Shown in pieces: positions 1 through 9,527 of a stretch of DNA of 56,725 nt (positions are counted from its first letter, which is position 1; each line of letters begins with the position of its first letter). A program made the translations under genes and the position numbers. Location of the stretch: the NCBI GenBank assembly GCA_964471235.1, contig CAYYGL010000001.1, positions 71,315 to 128,039 on the forward strand. The letters run 5' to 3'. The notes beneath the pieces are model-generated. The model did no database searches. It had not been told where the DNA came from and was given only the letters and a program-made list of their open reading frames with translations. The stretch comes from an uncultured Calditrichaceae bacterium (GTDB lineage Bacteria > Calditrichota > Calditrichia > RBG-13-44-9 > J075).

Positions 1-2
1 TG

Positions 3-419
3 AACATTGATGAATTCCATGCGGAACTGCTGCCGGAAGACAAGGTGGCGGTGATTAAAGAATTATCAGCCCTATACGGTCCGGTAGCAATGGTGGGCGA
101 CGGCATCAATGATGCGCCGGCGTTAGCGGTTGCGGATATCGGTATCTCCATGGGCGCTTCAGCCACCGATACCGCATTAGAAACGGCTGACATTGCCCTG
201 ATGAACGATGACCTGCGGAAGATTGCTTTTTTAAAGCGATTGAGCCGCAAGACATTGCGCATCATCCGGGAAAACATTTTTATCGCCTTGTTTTTGAAAG
301 GGATTTTTGTGATGTTAGCCATCCCCGGGCTGGCAACCCTGTGGATGGCAGTCTTTGCCGATATGGGCGCCAGTTTGCTGGTGGTGTTTAATGGGTTGCG
401 GGTGCTGCGGAAGGGGTGA
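3..419 (+). CDS. Heavy-metal P1B-type ATPase (CadA/ZntA-like), 3' part only
   Basis: Frame is open from the window edge (..AELLPEDKV), then [20 protein letters not shown] and C-terminal WMAVFADMG typical of Zn/Cd P1B-2 ATPases. Confidence 0.93.
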   Translation, partial: NIDEFHAELLPEDKVAVIKELSALYGPVAMVGDGINDAPALAVADIGISMGASATDTALETADIALMNDDLRKIAFLKRLSRKTLRIIRENIFIALFLKGIFVMLAIPGLATLWMAVFADMGASLLVVFNGLRVLRKG

Positions 420-543
420 TTTCTAATTTCTTAGGAAGTATTCCAGGGGAATTCTTTTGGGGCAAATTCCAAATCGGGTAAATAAGGTATTGAATCATTT
501 AGTAACGATGAAAAAATAAGTTGTTAAGAATACCTCAATTAGT

Positions 544-698
544 TGTCATTCCGGTTTTTCCCGTTTTTTGGGAAAATACCGCCGCCCACAAAGTGGTCAT
601 TTCGTGAGAAGCGGTTCCGTTGGAAGAATCCCCAGCAGAGATTCCTCCAACGGAGCCACCATGTGGCGGCATTCCGCTCCGCTCCAGCCGGAATGACA
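544..698. repeat. Palindromic intergenic element with TGTCATTCCGG...CCGGAATGACA ends (REP/MITE-like)
   Basis: 11-bp perfect terminal inverted repeats (544-554, 688-698) plus an inner hairpin TCCGTTGGAAGAATC/GATTCCTCCAACGGA. Confidence 0.7.
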
Positions 699-740
699 GC
701 CACATTAAATTTGACAAGTTGTTCTTTACTTTTTACTTAA

Positions 741-1166
741 TTACTGATTTTTAATGTTTTGCTGTTGGATAATATCAAAAAATTCTTTTGGGGAAATGAT
801 TTTAATAGTTCGGAAGGGATTTAGTTCAAGTAAATCTGTATCACTGGAAACTATAAAATCTGCACCTGTACTAACAGCAACTTCAAGAAAAATATTATCT
901 TTGGGATCCCGACAGTCAGTTATTTTTTCATTGGGTACAATAGTTTCCGAATAAAAACTCAGTAAATAGAGAAATTCGCTTATGTCTTCTTGTGAAAAGT
1001 ATTTCCGGAATTTTGGACGTTGCAAAACAAACACCAATTCTTCCAAGGTAGATTCAGAAAATACCAACCGGAATTTCTGTTCCTGTAGAAGTAATATGAA
1101 CTGTCGAAGGGATTTTCCTATTAATGCACTAACCAAAACACTGGTGTCAACCACGACTCGCGGCAA
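741..1166 (-). CDS. PIN-domain (VapC-like) toxin
   Basis: RVVVDTSVLVSAL, CRDPKDNIFLEVA and IVSSDTDLL motifs; probable TTG start at 1166 overlapping the antitoxin end (ORF track extends to 1241). Confidence 0.88.
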   Translation of the reverse strand: MPRVVVDTSVLVSALIGKSLRQFILLLQEQKFRLVFSESTLEELVFVLQRPKFRKYFSQEDISEFLYLLSFYSETIVPNEKITDCRDPKDNIFLEVAVSTGADFIVSSDTDLLELNPFRTIKIISPKEFFDIIQQQNIKNQ

Positions 1167-1377
1167 ATTCTTTTCTGGCACGTTCAACCTCTTTCCGTAT
1201 TTCTTTCTCACTGATTGGATAAGTCGCCAGTTTTTTGTCAATACGGGTCAAAAGCATATTCCATTTTTGGCTGAGGAGTTGGGAACTCAAATAGTCAAAA
1301 AGTTCAATTTTTTTCTGAATGTCTAATTGGTCAACTAACTTATAAATTTCTTTTTCGGATATTTGAAGTGTTGGCAT
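1147..1377 (-). CDS. Putative antitoxin of the PIN toxin
   Basis: 76 aa, overlaps the toxin start, ISEKEIRKEVERAR C-terminus, AGGAG RBS. Confidence 0.75.
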   Translation of the reverse strand: MPTLQISEKEIYKLVDQLDIQKKIELFDYLSSQLLSQKWNMLLTRIDKKLATYPISEKEIRKEVERARKEFAASRG

Positions 1378-1404
1378 TTTTACTCCTAAAAATTTTGTTT
1401 TTAT

Positions 1405-1434
1405 AATATAGAACTAACAGAGACATCAATGCAA
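1405..1434 (-). promoter_or_regulatory. Sigma70-like promoter of the PIN TA cassette
   Basis: Minus strand TTGCAT-N18-TATATT just upstream of the antitoxin RBS. Confidence 0.5.
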
Positions 1435-1887
1435 TTAAAAATTGGCGATACCATAAAACACACACTGTTGCTGTTAATTTTTATTTTCCATCTGTTGCCG
1501 GGACATATCAGTTTGGCGAACCTGGTGCTATGCATTGGCACCGATGGGCATGTCGCTTATGAATCCGCAACGAAACTGGCGACCTGCGCCGAAGCAATTT
1601 CACATCCTTCTCTCCCGGCCGAAACTTCCTTTTCGGCGCTTCACAATGCATTCACTCCAAACCATTGCGGTGAATGTATTGACCTGCCACTCATCATTGA
1701 ATGTAACGAGTATTCCAAAGTTCAATCGCAGCATTCCTCGCTGCGCTCTCTTCAACCGCTCCTCAAAATAAGTCCTGCGGATGATATAACGGCCTTCAAT
1801 GTTCAGCATCGGGTCATCGATATCAACCATTCCGTTTTTCAACATACCTCACTGATTTCTCTTCGTACCACCGTCTTATTGATTTAG
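1429..1887 (+). CDS. Cys/His-rich small protein heading the czc operon (candidate leader ORF, CzcI/DUF2946-like position)
   Basis: N-terminal hydrophobic segment, LVLCIGTDGH, HCGECID, C-terminus LRTTVLLI-stop; lies directly before the TolC gene. Confidence 0.7.
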   Translation: MQLKIGDTIKHTLLLLIFIFHLLPGHISLANLVLCIGTDGHVAYESATKLATCAEAISHPSLPAETSFSALHNAFTPNHCGECIDLPLIIECNEYSKVQSQHSSLRSLQPLLKISPADDITAFNVQHRVIDINHSVFQHTSLISLRTTVLLI

Positions 1888-2045
1888 AATTCCTCACATC
1901 AAAATCTACCAAATTCTTTTCACATTAATAGAAACAGATGAGAAAAGGATACGAAGGTTAAATCGTTAATAAGAACCTCCGTATTCACTCCAACTGTTTC
2001 CCTGAAGAATAAGTCTATTCATGTATACTCAAGCGGAGGATTTAA

Positions 2046-3410
2046 ATGCTCAGGAAATATTTTTATTTACCTGCATTGATTTTACTATTCGGAATTAGTG
2101 GCTGTTCAACTTATCGAACGACAGCGATTTTCCCGGAACCGCGTCCCCTGGCAGAAGAATACCCGGGTTACCGGACTCCGGAAATAATTGAGAAATCCGG
2201 AGAAATTGCGAAATCGACAGTTCCGGTAACGAAGGTACTCACCCTACCAGAGGCGCTATCTTTTGCCTTATTGAATAACCCGGAGCTGGCTGCTTTTTCT
2301 TACGAAATTCGTGCCGCAGAAGCGCGGGCATTACAAGCCAGCCTCTATCCCAACCCGGGGTTGGATATTGAATTGGAAAACTTTGCCGGCAGCGGGGAGG
2401 TGAGTGGTTTCCAGGGAACAGAGTCTACAATTTCCCTGAGCCAGATATTCTTACTGGGAGGGAAACGCAGCAAAGCGGTGCGGGCTGCTGCCCTGGAAGG
2501 GGATCTGGCTGCCTGGAATTATGAAAGCAAACGACTGGATGTGTTTACGGCTGTCAGAACAGCATTCCTTGAAGTGCTGAGTACACAGCAGCGGGTTGCC
2601 CTGAACGAAGAGTTGGTCAACCTGTCAGAACAGCTTGTTAAGACTATATCCGAGAGGATTAAAGCCGGCAAAGTGTCTCCTGCCGAAGGGTCTCGTGCCC
2701 GGGTCATTCTCTCTGCCACAAAGGTAGAGCTGGAGCGCGCCCGGCGTGAATTAGCATCTGCCCGTATCCGCCTGGCAGCGACCTGGGGCAGCACGACACC
2801 CACTTTCGAACGGGTTGCCGGGAGAATGGATACCCTCTTCACCATCCCCAACCTGAACCGGTTGCAGCAAAAGCTTCCTCAAAATCCGGATATTGCTCGA
2901 TTCGCAACAGAGATGGAGCAGCGGCAGGCAGTCATTGCCCTGGAAGACGCCCTTCGGATTCCCGATCCCACGGTTAGTGGCGGATTGCGACGCTTAAACG
3001 AAAGCGATGACAATGCCTTTGTGGTTGGTTTATCCATTCCCCTGCCTTTATCGGATCGCAACCAGGGCGCCAGGCAGGAAGCACGGATTCGCTTTGCGCA
3101 AACCCTGCGGGAGAAGCATGCCATAGAAGTACAACTCAATGCCGCCCTTAGCGAGGCTTACAATAATTTGATTAGCAACTTCAACGAAGCCACAACTCTG
3201 AAAGAACGAATCCTTCCCGAAGCGGAAAATGCTTACCGGGTCATCAAAGAAGGGTACTTACAGGGCAGATTTGATTTCCTGGATGTACTGGATGCCCAGC
3301 GTACCCTGTTTGAAGCCCGCGGGCAATATTTGAGAACGCTAACCGATTTCCACCGGTTTGTCGCAAAAGTTGAGCGTTTGATAGCCATGGAGATTAACGC
3401 TGTTCAGTAG
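2046..3410 (+). CDS. czcC: Outer-membrane efflux protein, TolC/CzcC family
   Basis: Lipoprotein signal ISGC, ALLNNPELAA, YPNP, GRFDFLDVLDAQRTL; GGAGG RBS; operon context. Confidence 0.9.
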   Translation: MLRKYFYLPALILLFGISGCSTYRTTAIFPEPRPLAEEYPGYRTPEIIEKSGEIAKSTVPVTKVLTLPEALSFALLNNPELAAFSYEIRAAEARALQASLYPNPGLDIELENFAGSGEVSGFQGTESTISLSQIFLLGGKRSKAVRAAALEGDLAAWNYESKRLDVFTAVRTAFLEVLSTQQRVALNEELVNLSEQLVKTISERIKAGKVSPAEGSRARVILSATKVELERARRELASARIRLAATWGSTTPTFERVAGRMDTLFTIPNLNRLQQKLPQNPDIARFATEMEQRQAVIALEDALRIPDPTVSGGLRRLNESDDNAFVVGLSIPLPLSDRNQGARQEARIRFAQTLREKHAIEVQLNAALSEAYNNLISNFNEATTLKERILPEAENAYRVIKEGYLQGRFDFLDVLDAQRTLFEARGQYLRTLTDFHRFVAKVERLIAMEINAVQ

Positions 3411-3456
3411 AGTGGGTATTGATAATCCATAAACAAATTTTGAAGGAGATTTTACA

Positions 3457-4467
3457 ATGAGTAACAAACATAAAATAATTCTGGCAATAACACTGTTTGC
3501 CGGAATTATCGTGGGAATGATAATTCATGCGTTGTTTTTTTCTGCCTCCGGTGAACCCCCTGTGGCAAGTGACACCGCTTTTGCGAAAGAGAGCCACAAT
3601 CCGGAAGGGAGCGATGCCGGCGAACATGAAGAGCACGAAAATGCTGTGGTGAAAATCGACGACCGGGAATTGCGGGAATTCGGCATAGAAATCGCAACTG
3701 CCAGTGCGAATACCCTGCAAATTCACACCGATTTAACCGGTGAGATTGTCATCGACCCCGATCGATTGGCGCATATCGTGCCGCGCTTTCCCGGGGTGGT
3801 GAAGGAAGTAAGGAAAAAAATCGGCGACCGGGTGAAAAAAGGGGAGGTGATTGCGGTTATCGAAAGCAACGAAAGCCTGGCGCCTTACGAGGTTCGTTCC
3901 TTGATTGACGGCACGGTGATCGATATGCACATGACCAGAGGTGAGGTAATTGAAGATGCCGAGCACGCCGTGGTGGTCGCAGATTTGAGCTATGTGTGGG
4001 CAAATTTGAGTGTCTATCAAAAAGACCTTCCGCATGTAAAGGTCGGGCAGCCGGTTATTCTCTCTGCCGGTCCGGGAACGAAAGAAGTTAGCGGTACTAT
4101 TTCCTATGTTTCACCGGTGGTAGATGAGGAAACCCGAACGGCAACTGCCCGGGTGGTGTTGCCCAATCCCAACGGCACCTGGAAGCCCGGGTTGTTTGTG
4201 AAAGGGCGAATCATTGTGCAGGAGGTGGAAGCGCCGGTTGTGGTCCCTCGCACGGCAATTGAAATGATAGAAGACCGCCCGGTGGTGTTTGTGAAAACCG
4301 ACGAAGGGTTTAAACCCCAAACCGTGGTGTTGGGGCGGTCAGATGAACGCCGGGTGGAAATCGTGGGAGGACTACACCCCGGTCAACAATACGTGGCGAA
4401 GAACGGATTTACCCTGAAAGCGGAGTTAGGCAAAAGCAGTCTCGGCGAAGGAGGACATGGGCATTGA
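3457..4467 (+). CDS. czcB: RND periplasmic adaptor, CzcB-like
   Basis: N-terminal TM, EHEEHE, lipoyl-like IGDRVKKGEVIA, ISPVVDEETRTATARV, C-terminal GHGH. Confidence 0.9.
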   Translation: MSNKHKIILAITLFAGIIVGMIIHALFFSASGEPPVASDTAFAKESHNPEGSDAGEHEEHENAVVKIDDRELREFGIEIATASANTLQIHTDLTGEIVIDPDRLAHIVPRFPGVVKEVRKKIGDRVKKGEVIAVIESNESLAPYEVRSLIDGTVIDMHMTRGEVIEDAEHAVVVADLSYVWANLSVYQKDLPHVKVGQPVILSAGPGTKEVSGTISYVSPVVDEETRTATARVVLPNPNGTWKPGLFVKGRIIVQEVEAPVVVPRTAIEMIEDRPVVFVKTDEGFKPQTVVLGRSDERRVEIVGGLHPGQQYVAKNGFTLKAELGKSSLGEGGHGH

Positions 4468-4512
4468 TGGGTTCCGAATGGCGAAAGGGATTTGAATTCA
4501 AATAAGAGGGAT

Positions 4513-4878
4513 TCAGGAGATGGGGAGATATAGGATTAAATCCCGGTATTCGAGAGGGTCGGATACTTCCTAAATCAAAAGCAGCTCATCGATTGTTTCT
4601 CCAAGGCTCATCTCGGGGTTTAATTCAAAAATACCAGGAAGATGGTGGTTTTTAGCAAGATGTGTTTTGAGGTGACCTGGCATGGATTTACGATTATTGG
4701 TAACCAGAATGAACGAATTTTTTTCACACCAGAGAAGGATATCAGGGTCCGGAGTTCCCTTTGGGGGTGCTCCGGGGTCACCTATTTTCCAGACAGTCAT
4801 CTCTGGAACCCGTTTAAGCAGTTCGACTCGCAAAACTGGGTTCACGTTTTCATCAAGGAGATACCGGATTTCCATCAC
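4513..4878 (-). pseudogene. DUF5615 PIN-like toxin truncated by an in-frame TAG
   Basis: YLLDENV, TPDPDILLW, LVTNNRKSM; the frame continues past TAG (4570-4572) as EVSDPLEYRDLILYLPIS to TGA at 4513. Confidence 0.75.
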
Positions 4879-5207
4879 TAATGTGAAAGCTCTTTTTCAC
4901 TTTCCTGTTTCAAACGACGCAGCTTTATCACCACCGGAGGCGGATTTTTATCCTGCATACCTCTCATTCGTTTACCAAATGCCAGCCACTCTTTCAAATA
5001 AGATTCGACGGTACTTTTATTGCGCAGATAATAAAGAATGGTGGCATACACTTGTTCAAGCGTCAACGTGGGAAATCGCCTGGCGATCTCTTCCGGTGAT
5101 TGTTCCCGATAAATGTATTCATAAAGGACGGATTCGATGCCGATTCGAGTGCCCTTTATGCGAATATCATCTGAAGCCAGAAAATCGAAATAATCTGCCA
5201 ATTTCAT
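4878..5207 (-). CDS. DUF433 (VapB45-like) antitoxin
   Basis: IRIKGTRIGIE, SPEEIARRFPTLTLEQVYATILYY; coupled to the DUF5615 gene. Confidence 0.88.
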   Translation of the reverse strand: MKLADYFDFLASDDIRIKGTRIGIESVLYEYIYREQSPEEIARRFPTLTLEQVYATILYYLRNKSTVESYLKEWLAFGKRMRGMQDKNPPPVVIKLRRLKQESEKELSH

Positions 5208-5254
5208 ATTTTATCATCTCCTTCACTAAAATTGTCATGACCTTATCTTCTATT

Positions 5255-5283
5255 AATATAACAGGTCGCGCTTAATATTTCAA
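5255..5283 (-). promoter_or_regulatory. Sigma70-like promoter of the DUF433 cassette
   Basis: Minus strand TTGAAA-N17-TATATT. Confidence 0.55.
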
Positions 5284-5378
5284 ATCTCTTTTCCACGAAC
5301 AATTCATGACCATGATAATCAAATAACGAATTAAGGTGATATATGCTTTATCAATAGACCACAAACAGGAGTATCGAT

Positions 5379-8300
5379 ATGAACAAAATCATTCAGTTTG
5401 CCTTACGAAGCCCATTGTTAATGATTGTATTGGGCTTATTGGTGATGGCGGGAGGCTATTACAGCTACCGGCAGTTACCCATAGATGCCTTCCCCGATGT
5501 CTCGCCCAACCTGGTGCAGGTGTTTACCGAAACCGAAGGGCTGGCACCGGAGGAGGTGGAAAAATATGTTACTTATCCGATTGAAGTGGTAATGAACGGA
5601 CTGCCCAATCTGAAATCCATCCGCTCGGTCTCCAACTTCGGATTATCGGTAGTGAACATCTACTTCGAGGATGGCACCGATATTTACTTTGCCCGCCAAT
5701 TGGTCAATGAGCGTCTCCAGGAAGCGCGGGAACAAATTCCGGAGGGATTCGGCGAACCGGCAATGGGACCCATCTCCACTGGTATGGGATTGGTGTTGTT
5801 TTATTACCTGGAAGATGAGGAGGGAAAATATAGTCTGGAAGAACTGCGCACCATCCAGGACTGGCTGATTAAATTTCACCTGCAAACCGTGCCCGGAGTG
5901 ACCGAGGTGCTGGGTATCGGCGGCTGGGAAAGACAATATCATGTAGTGCTCGATCCGTACGCCCTGCTTCGCTACAATGTGACCACCGGTGATATTCTGG
6001 AAACCATTGAGGAGAATAACCTGAACGTGGGCGCCCAGTTTATTGAGAAAAATTCGGAAGAGTTTATCGTGCGCTCCGTGGGTCTGGCATCCACCATTGA
6101 AGACATTGAAAACATTGTGGTAAAAGCGGAAGATGGCACCCCGATATACTTAAAACAATTGGCTGATGTAAAAATCGGTGGCGCCATTCGCCGGGGAATT
6201 CAGACCCGTAATGGAATTGGTGAAGTGGTGGCGGGAATGGTGATCAAACTTTTCGGGAGTAATTCTTCCACGGTTATCGGGGCGGTGGAGGATAAGTTGA
6301 GTGAAATTAACCGCATTCTTCCCCCCGGCATTAAAATTGTACCATACTACGAACAAAAAACCCTGGTGGAAGCCTGTGTAAAAACCGTGACCGATGCCTT
6401 AAAAGAAGGTATCATTCTGGTGGTGATCATTTTGATGCTGTTTCTGGGCGCCATTCGTCCCAGCCTGGTGGTTGCCATCGCCATTCCCTTCTCGGTATTG
6501 TTTGCCATCATTGGAATGCGGTATTTTGGGATTTCCGCAAACCTGATGTCCTTCGGCGGATTGGCAATTGCCATTGGAATGATGGTGGATGGCGCCGTGG
6601 TGATTGTAGAAAATATGGACCGGATGTTGCGGGAGTCCGACCCCGATGAACCGCGAATCCACGTGGTAGCGCGCGCCTGTAAAGAAGTGGTACGACCCAT
6701 CGCCTTTGCCGTGATCATCATCATCATCGTTTTCCTACCCTTGTTTACCCTGCAAGGGGTGGAGGGGAAAACATTCCGCCCCTTAGCTTATACCATTGCC
6801 CTGGCAATGACCGGCTCCCTGGTATTTACCATTCTCCTGGCGCCGGTGCTGTCTTTTCTGCTGATGCGCCGGCCCAGGAAGTCAAAAGAAGCCGGCTCTA
6901 AAGGCGGTGAACACCAAATCTGGATTGTCCGGCTGCTGTTAAAAATCTATGACCCGCTGGTCACTTTTTTCGTGAAAAAGAGAGCTGTTGCAGTAATCCT
7001 GGCGGCAGTGTTAATTCTCATCGGTGCGCTGATTTACCCCCGGTTGGGAACCGAATTTACCCCCACCCTTCAAGAAGGCACCATCGTGCTGCGGCTGACC
7101 ATGGCACCATCCATTGCCCTGGAGGAGAGTAAGCGGATCACATTACTTGTGGAACGCCGGGTGATGAGGATCCCGGAAGTCACCGGGGTGGTCACTCGCA
7201 TTGGGCGCGGCGAAGTGGGAGCACACACCGACCCGGTGAACAGCGCCGAAATGTATGTATTGCTAAAACCCCGTGAGGAATGGCGTAGCGCGCAAACCCA
7301 GGCGGAAATTGAGGAGATTATCCGTAAGGAAGTTGGCAATGTGCCCGGGGTGCTCACCAACCTGACCCAGCCCATCCAGATGACCGTGGATGAACTGTTG
7401 GAAGGGGTGCGGGCGGAATTAGCGATTAAGTTGTTCGGAGATGAGATTGATGTGCTAAAGGAAAAAGCAAATGAGATTGCCGCCGTCATCCAGCGAATTC
7501 CGGGAGCGGCAGACGTGCAGCCGGACCAGATCAGCGGTACGCCGCAGTTGTTGATAAAAATCAACCGTCATGCCATCGCCCGATATGGGATTAACGTATC
7601 CGATGTGCAGCGGGTTATTCGTGCTGCCGTCGGTGGTGAGACGGCAGGTCAGATATTCGAAGGCATTCGCCGTTTTGATATCTATGTGCGTTTTGCCCCG
7701 CAATACCGGGATTCCAAAGAGGCAATTGGCGAGATTCTTATCGAAGCGCCCAACGGTGCTAAGGTTCCTCTGGCACAATTGGCTGCCATCGAGGAGATTG
7801 TCGGTCCCCGGCAAATTACCAGGGAGAATAACCAGCGGTTTATCACCGTGCAATGTAATGTGGTCGGCAGGGACATCGGTTCGTTTGTAGCGGAAGGCCA
7901 GCGGGCGATTGAGGAAAACGTCAATTTGCCGCCCGGTTACCTGGTCACCTGGGGCGGACAATTCCGCTTGCAGCAGGAAGCCAACAAACGGCTTAGCGTG
8001 GTGGTGCCCATTACCCTGTTTATCATCTTCATCTTACTGTTCTCCAGTTTTAACTCGCTGAAGAATTCCTTATTAATCCTGTTAAATATTCCTCTGGCAT
8101 TGGTGGGTGGAGTGGTTGCCCTGTGGATTAGCGGGCAAAACCTTTCCGTTCCCGCCTCAGTAGGATTCATCGCCCTGTTCGGTATTGCCCTGTTAAACGG
8201 AATTGTTCTGGTTACCTATATCAATCAACTCCGAATGGAAGGGCTTCCGGTTGATGAAGCCTCTATCCGGGGCGCCGGTTTAAGGCTGCGCCCGGTGTTA

Positions 8301-8495
8301 ATGACCGCACTGGCGGCGGCCCTGGGGATGATTCCACTGCTCTTTTCCAGCGGCATCGGCAGCGAAGTGCAGCGCCCCCTGGCTACGGTGGTGGTAGGCG
8401 GATTGTTCACCTCTACAGTGTTAACCCTGTTGGTGATTCCGGCATTGTATAAATGGTTTGCCATAGATGTGGACTCGGAAACGGGCGTCAGGTAA
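5379..8495 (+). CDS. czcA: HME-family RND permease, CzcA-like
   Basis: LPIDAFPDV, GMMVDGAVVIVEN, GVEGKTFRPLA, RLRPVLMTA, SEVQRPLATVV; 1038 aa. Confidence 0.93.
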   Translation: MNKIIQFALRSPLLMIVLGLLVMAGGYYSYRQLPIDAFPDVSPNLVQVFTETEGLAPEEVEKYVTYPIEVVMNGLPNLKSIRSVSNFGLSVVNIYFEDGTDIYFARQLVNERLQEAREQIPEGFGEPAMGPISTGMGLVLFYYLEDEEGKYSLEELRTIQDWLIKFHLQTVPGVTEVLGIGGWERQYHVVLDPYALLRYNVTTGDILETIEENNLNVGAQFIEKNSEEFIVRSVGLASTIEDIENIVVKAEDGTPIYLKQLADVKIGGAIRRGIQTRNGIGEVVAGMVIKLFGSNSSTVIGAVEDKLSEINRILPPGIKIVPYYEQKTLVEACVKTVTDALKEGIILVVIILMLFLGAIRPSLVVAIAIPFSVLFAIIGMRYFGISANLMSFGGLAIAIGMMVDGAVVIVENMDRMLRESDPDEPRIHVVARACKEVVRPIAFAVIIIIIVFLPLFTLQGVEGKTFRPLAYTIALAMTGSLVFTILLAPVLSFLLMRRPRKSKEAGSKGGEHQIWIVRLLLKIYDPLVTFFVKKRAVAVILAAVLILIGALIYPRLGTEFTPTLQEGTIVLRLTMAPSIALEESKRITLLVERRVMRIPEVTGVVTRIGRGEVGAHTDPVNSAEMYVLLKPREEWRSAQTQAEIEEIIRKEVGNVPGVLTNLTQPIQMTVDELLEGVRAELAIKLFGDEIDVLKEKANEIAAVIQRIPGAADVQPDQISGTPQLLIKINRHAIARYGINVSDVQRVIRAAVGGETAGQIFEGIRRFDIYVRFAPQYRDSKEAIGEILIEAPNGAKVPLAQLAAIEEIVGPRQITRENNQRFITVQCNVVGRDIGSFVAEGQRAIEENVNLPPGYLVTWGGQFRLQQEANKRLSVVVPITLFIIFILLFSSFNSLKNSLLILLNIPLALVGGVVALWISGQNLSVPASVGFIALFGIALLNGIVLVTYINQLRMEGLPVDEASIRGAGLRLRPVLMTALAAALGMIPLLFSSGIGSEVQRPLATVVVGGLFTSTVLTLLVIPALYKWFAIDVDSETGVR

Positions 8496-8563
8496 TTATC
8501 GAGGGATTCACAATGCTTGCCCCCTGGCGTTCCATCCGGGGAGACAGGAAAGGTAATTAAGTC

Positions 8564-8790
8564 AGCCATGGATTGACGCAGATGAACACAGATACAGCCT
8601 CTACCCCGGTTTACAGGTTGAAAAATTTCCGGTTCCGGGTTAAACGCGTTAGATTGCGATGATGGTGTTGGAGATGCAGTTGCTATAAATGGATTTATGA
8701 CAGGGAGGCTCTACAGCGGGAGTCGCTGAACGCCCCCCACAACCTGAGTCGTTCAAAATAATCCGTGAAATTCAGTGTCAATCCGTGGCT
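8564..8790. repeat. Imperfect inverted-repeat element (AGCCATGGATTGAC...GTCAATCCGTGGCT)
   Basis: About 30-bp imperfect inverted repeats at 8564-8593 and 8761-8790 around about 170 bp without an ORF. Confidence 0.6.
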
Positions 8791-8837
8791 TTAAAATCAT
8801 TCTAAGATAGGACAAATTAGAAAAAAGGAGAAATACC

Positions 8838-9179
8838 ATGAAGCATATTATTGCTTATATCAAACCGCATAAGTTGAGCCAGGTAACCCTGGAATTGCAC
8901 AAGGTGAAAGGGTTAACCGGCATGACCGTGCTGGATGTGCGCGGCTTCGGTCGCACCAAAGCCAAAGACGCGCCGCATCGGATTGTGGAAGATTTGGTTG
9001 ATTATGTTCCCCATGTAAAAATCGAGATTTTCTGCCGGGATGAATTGGTAGAAGAAATCGTTGCCACCATTCAGCGGGAAGCTCACACCGGTTTGCGTGG
9101 CGACGGCAAGATTTATATAACCGGCTGTGAGGACGCTATCCGGATTAGCAGCGGGGAGAGAGGGGAAGTGGCAATCTAA
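8838..9179 (+). CDS. PII-family signalling protein associated with czc
   Basis: IIAYIKPHKL, GMTVLDVRGFG, AHTGLRGDGKIYI, AIRISSGERG; AGGAG RBS. Confidence 0.92.
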   Translation: MKHIIAYIKPHKLSQVTLELHKVKGLTGMTVLDVRGFGRTKAKDAPHRIVEDLVDYVPHVKIEIFCRDELVEEIVATIQREAHTGLRGDGKIYITGCEDAIRISSGERGEVAI

Positions 9180-9238
9180 CATATTCAATGGGAGAAGATT
9201 TTGAGAATCCCAATAATCTGATTATCCTTAATACTCCG

Positions 9239-9510
9239 GGTCATCTATATTTGGATAGCAAACAATAAGTAAAAGCTAAAGTTGTTTTAGGAAATTGATT
9301 GAGGTGAATCCGGAAAACCAGGAAGCATTCGTGAATCTGGGCGCTGCCCTTTGGGGAAAAGGCCGCGTTAACCTTTGGGATAATGAGAGGGTGGCGCAAG
9401 ATTTTCAAAGTTTTTATTACTGGTGCGATAGTGAGATAACTCCCGGGGTGAGACAGGAAATTGAGCGGATTAAAATGGAAATGAAACCCGCAATGCCCGG
9501 AAATCCGTAA
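9239..9510 (+). pseudogene. Degraded TPR-protein fragment
   Basis: GHLYLDSKQ*VKAKVVL, then a frameshift into LIEVNPENQEAFVNLGAAL (TPR-like); no proper start. Confidence 0.45.
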
Positions 9511-9527
9511 AAAAGAAATTAATTGCT

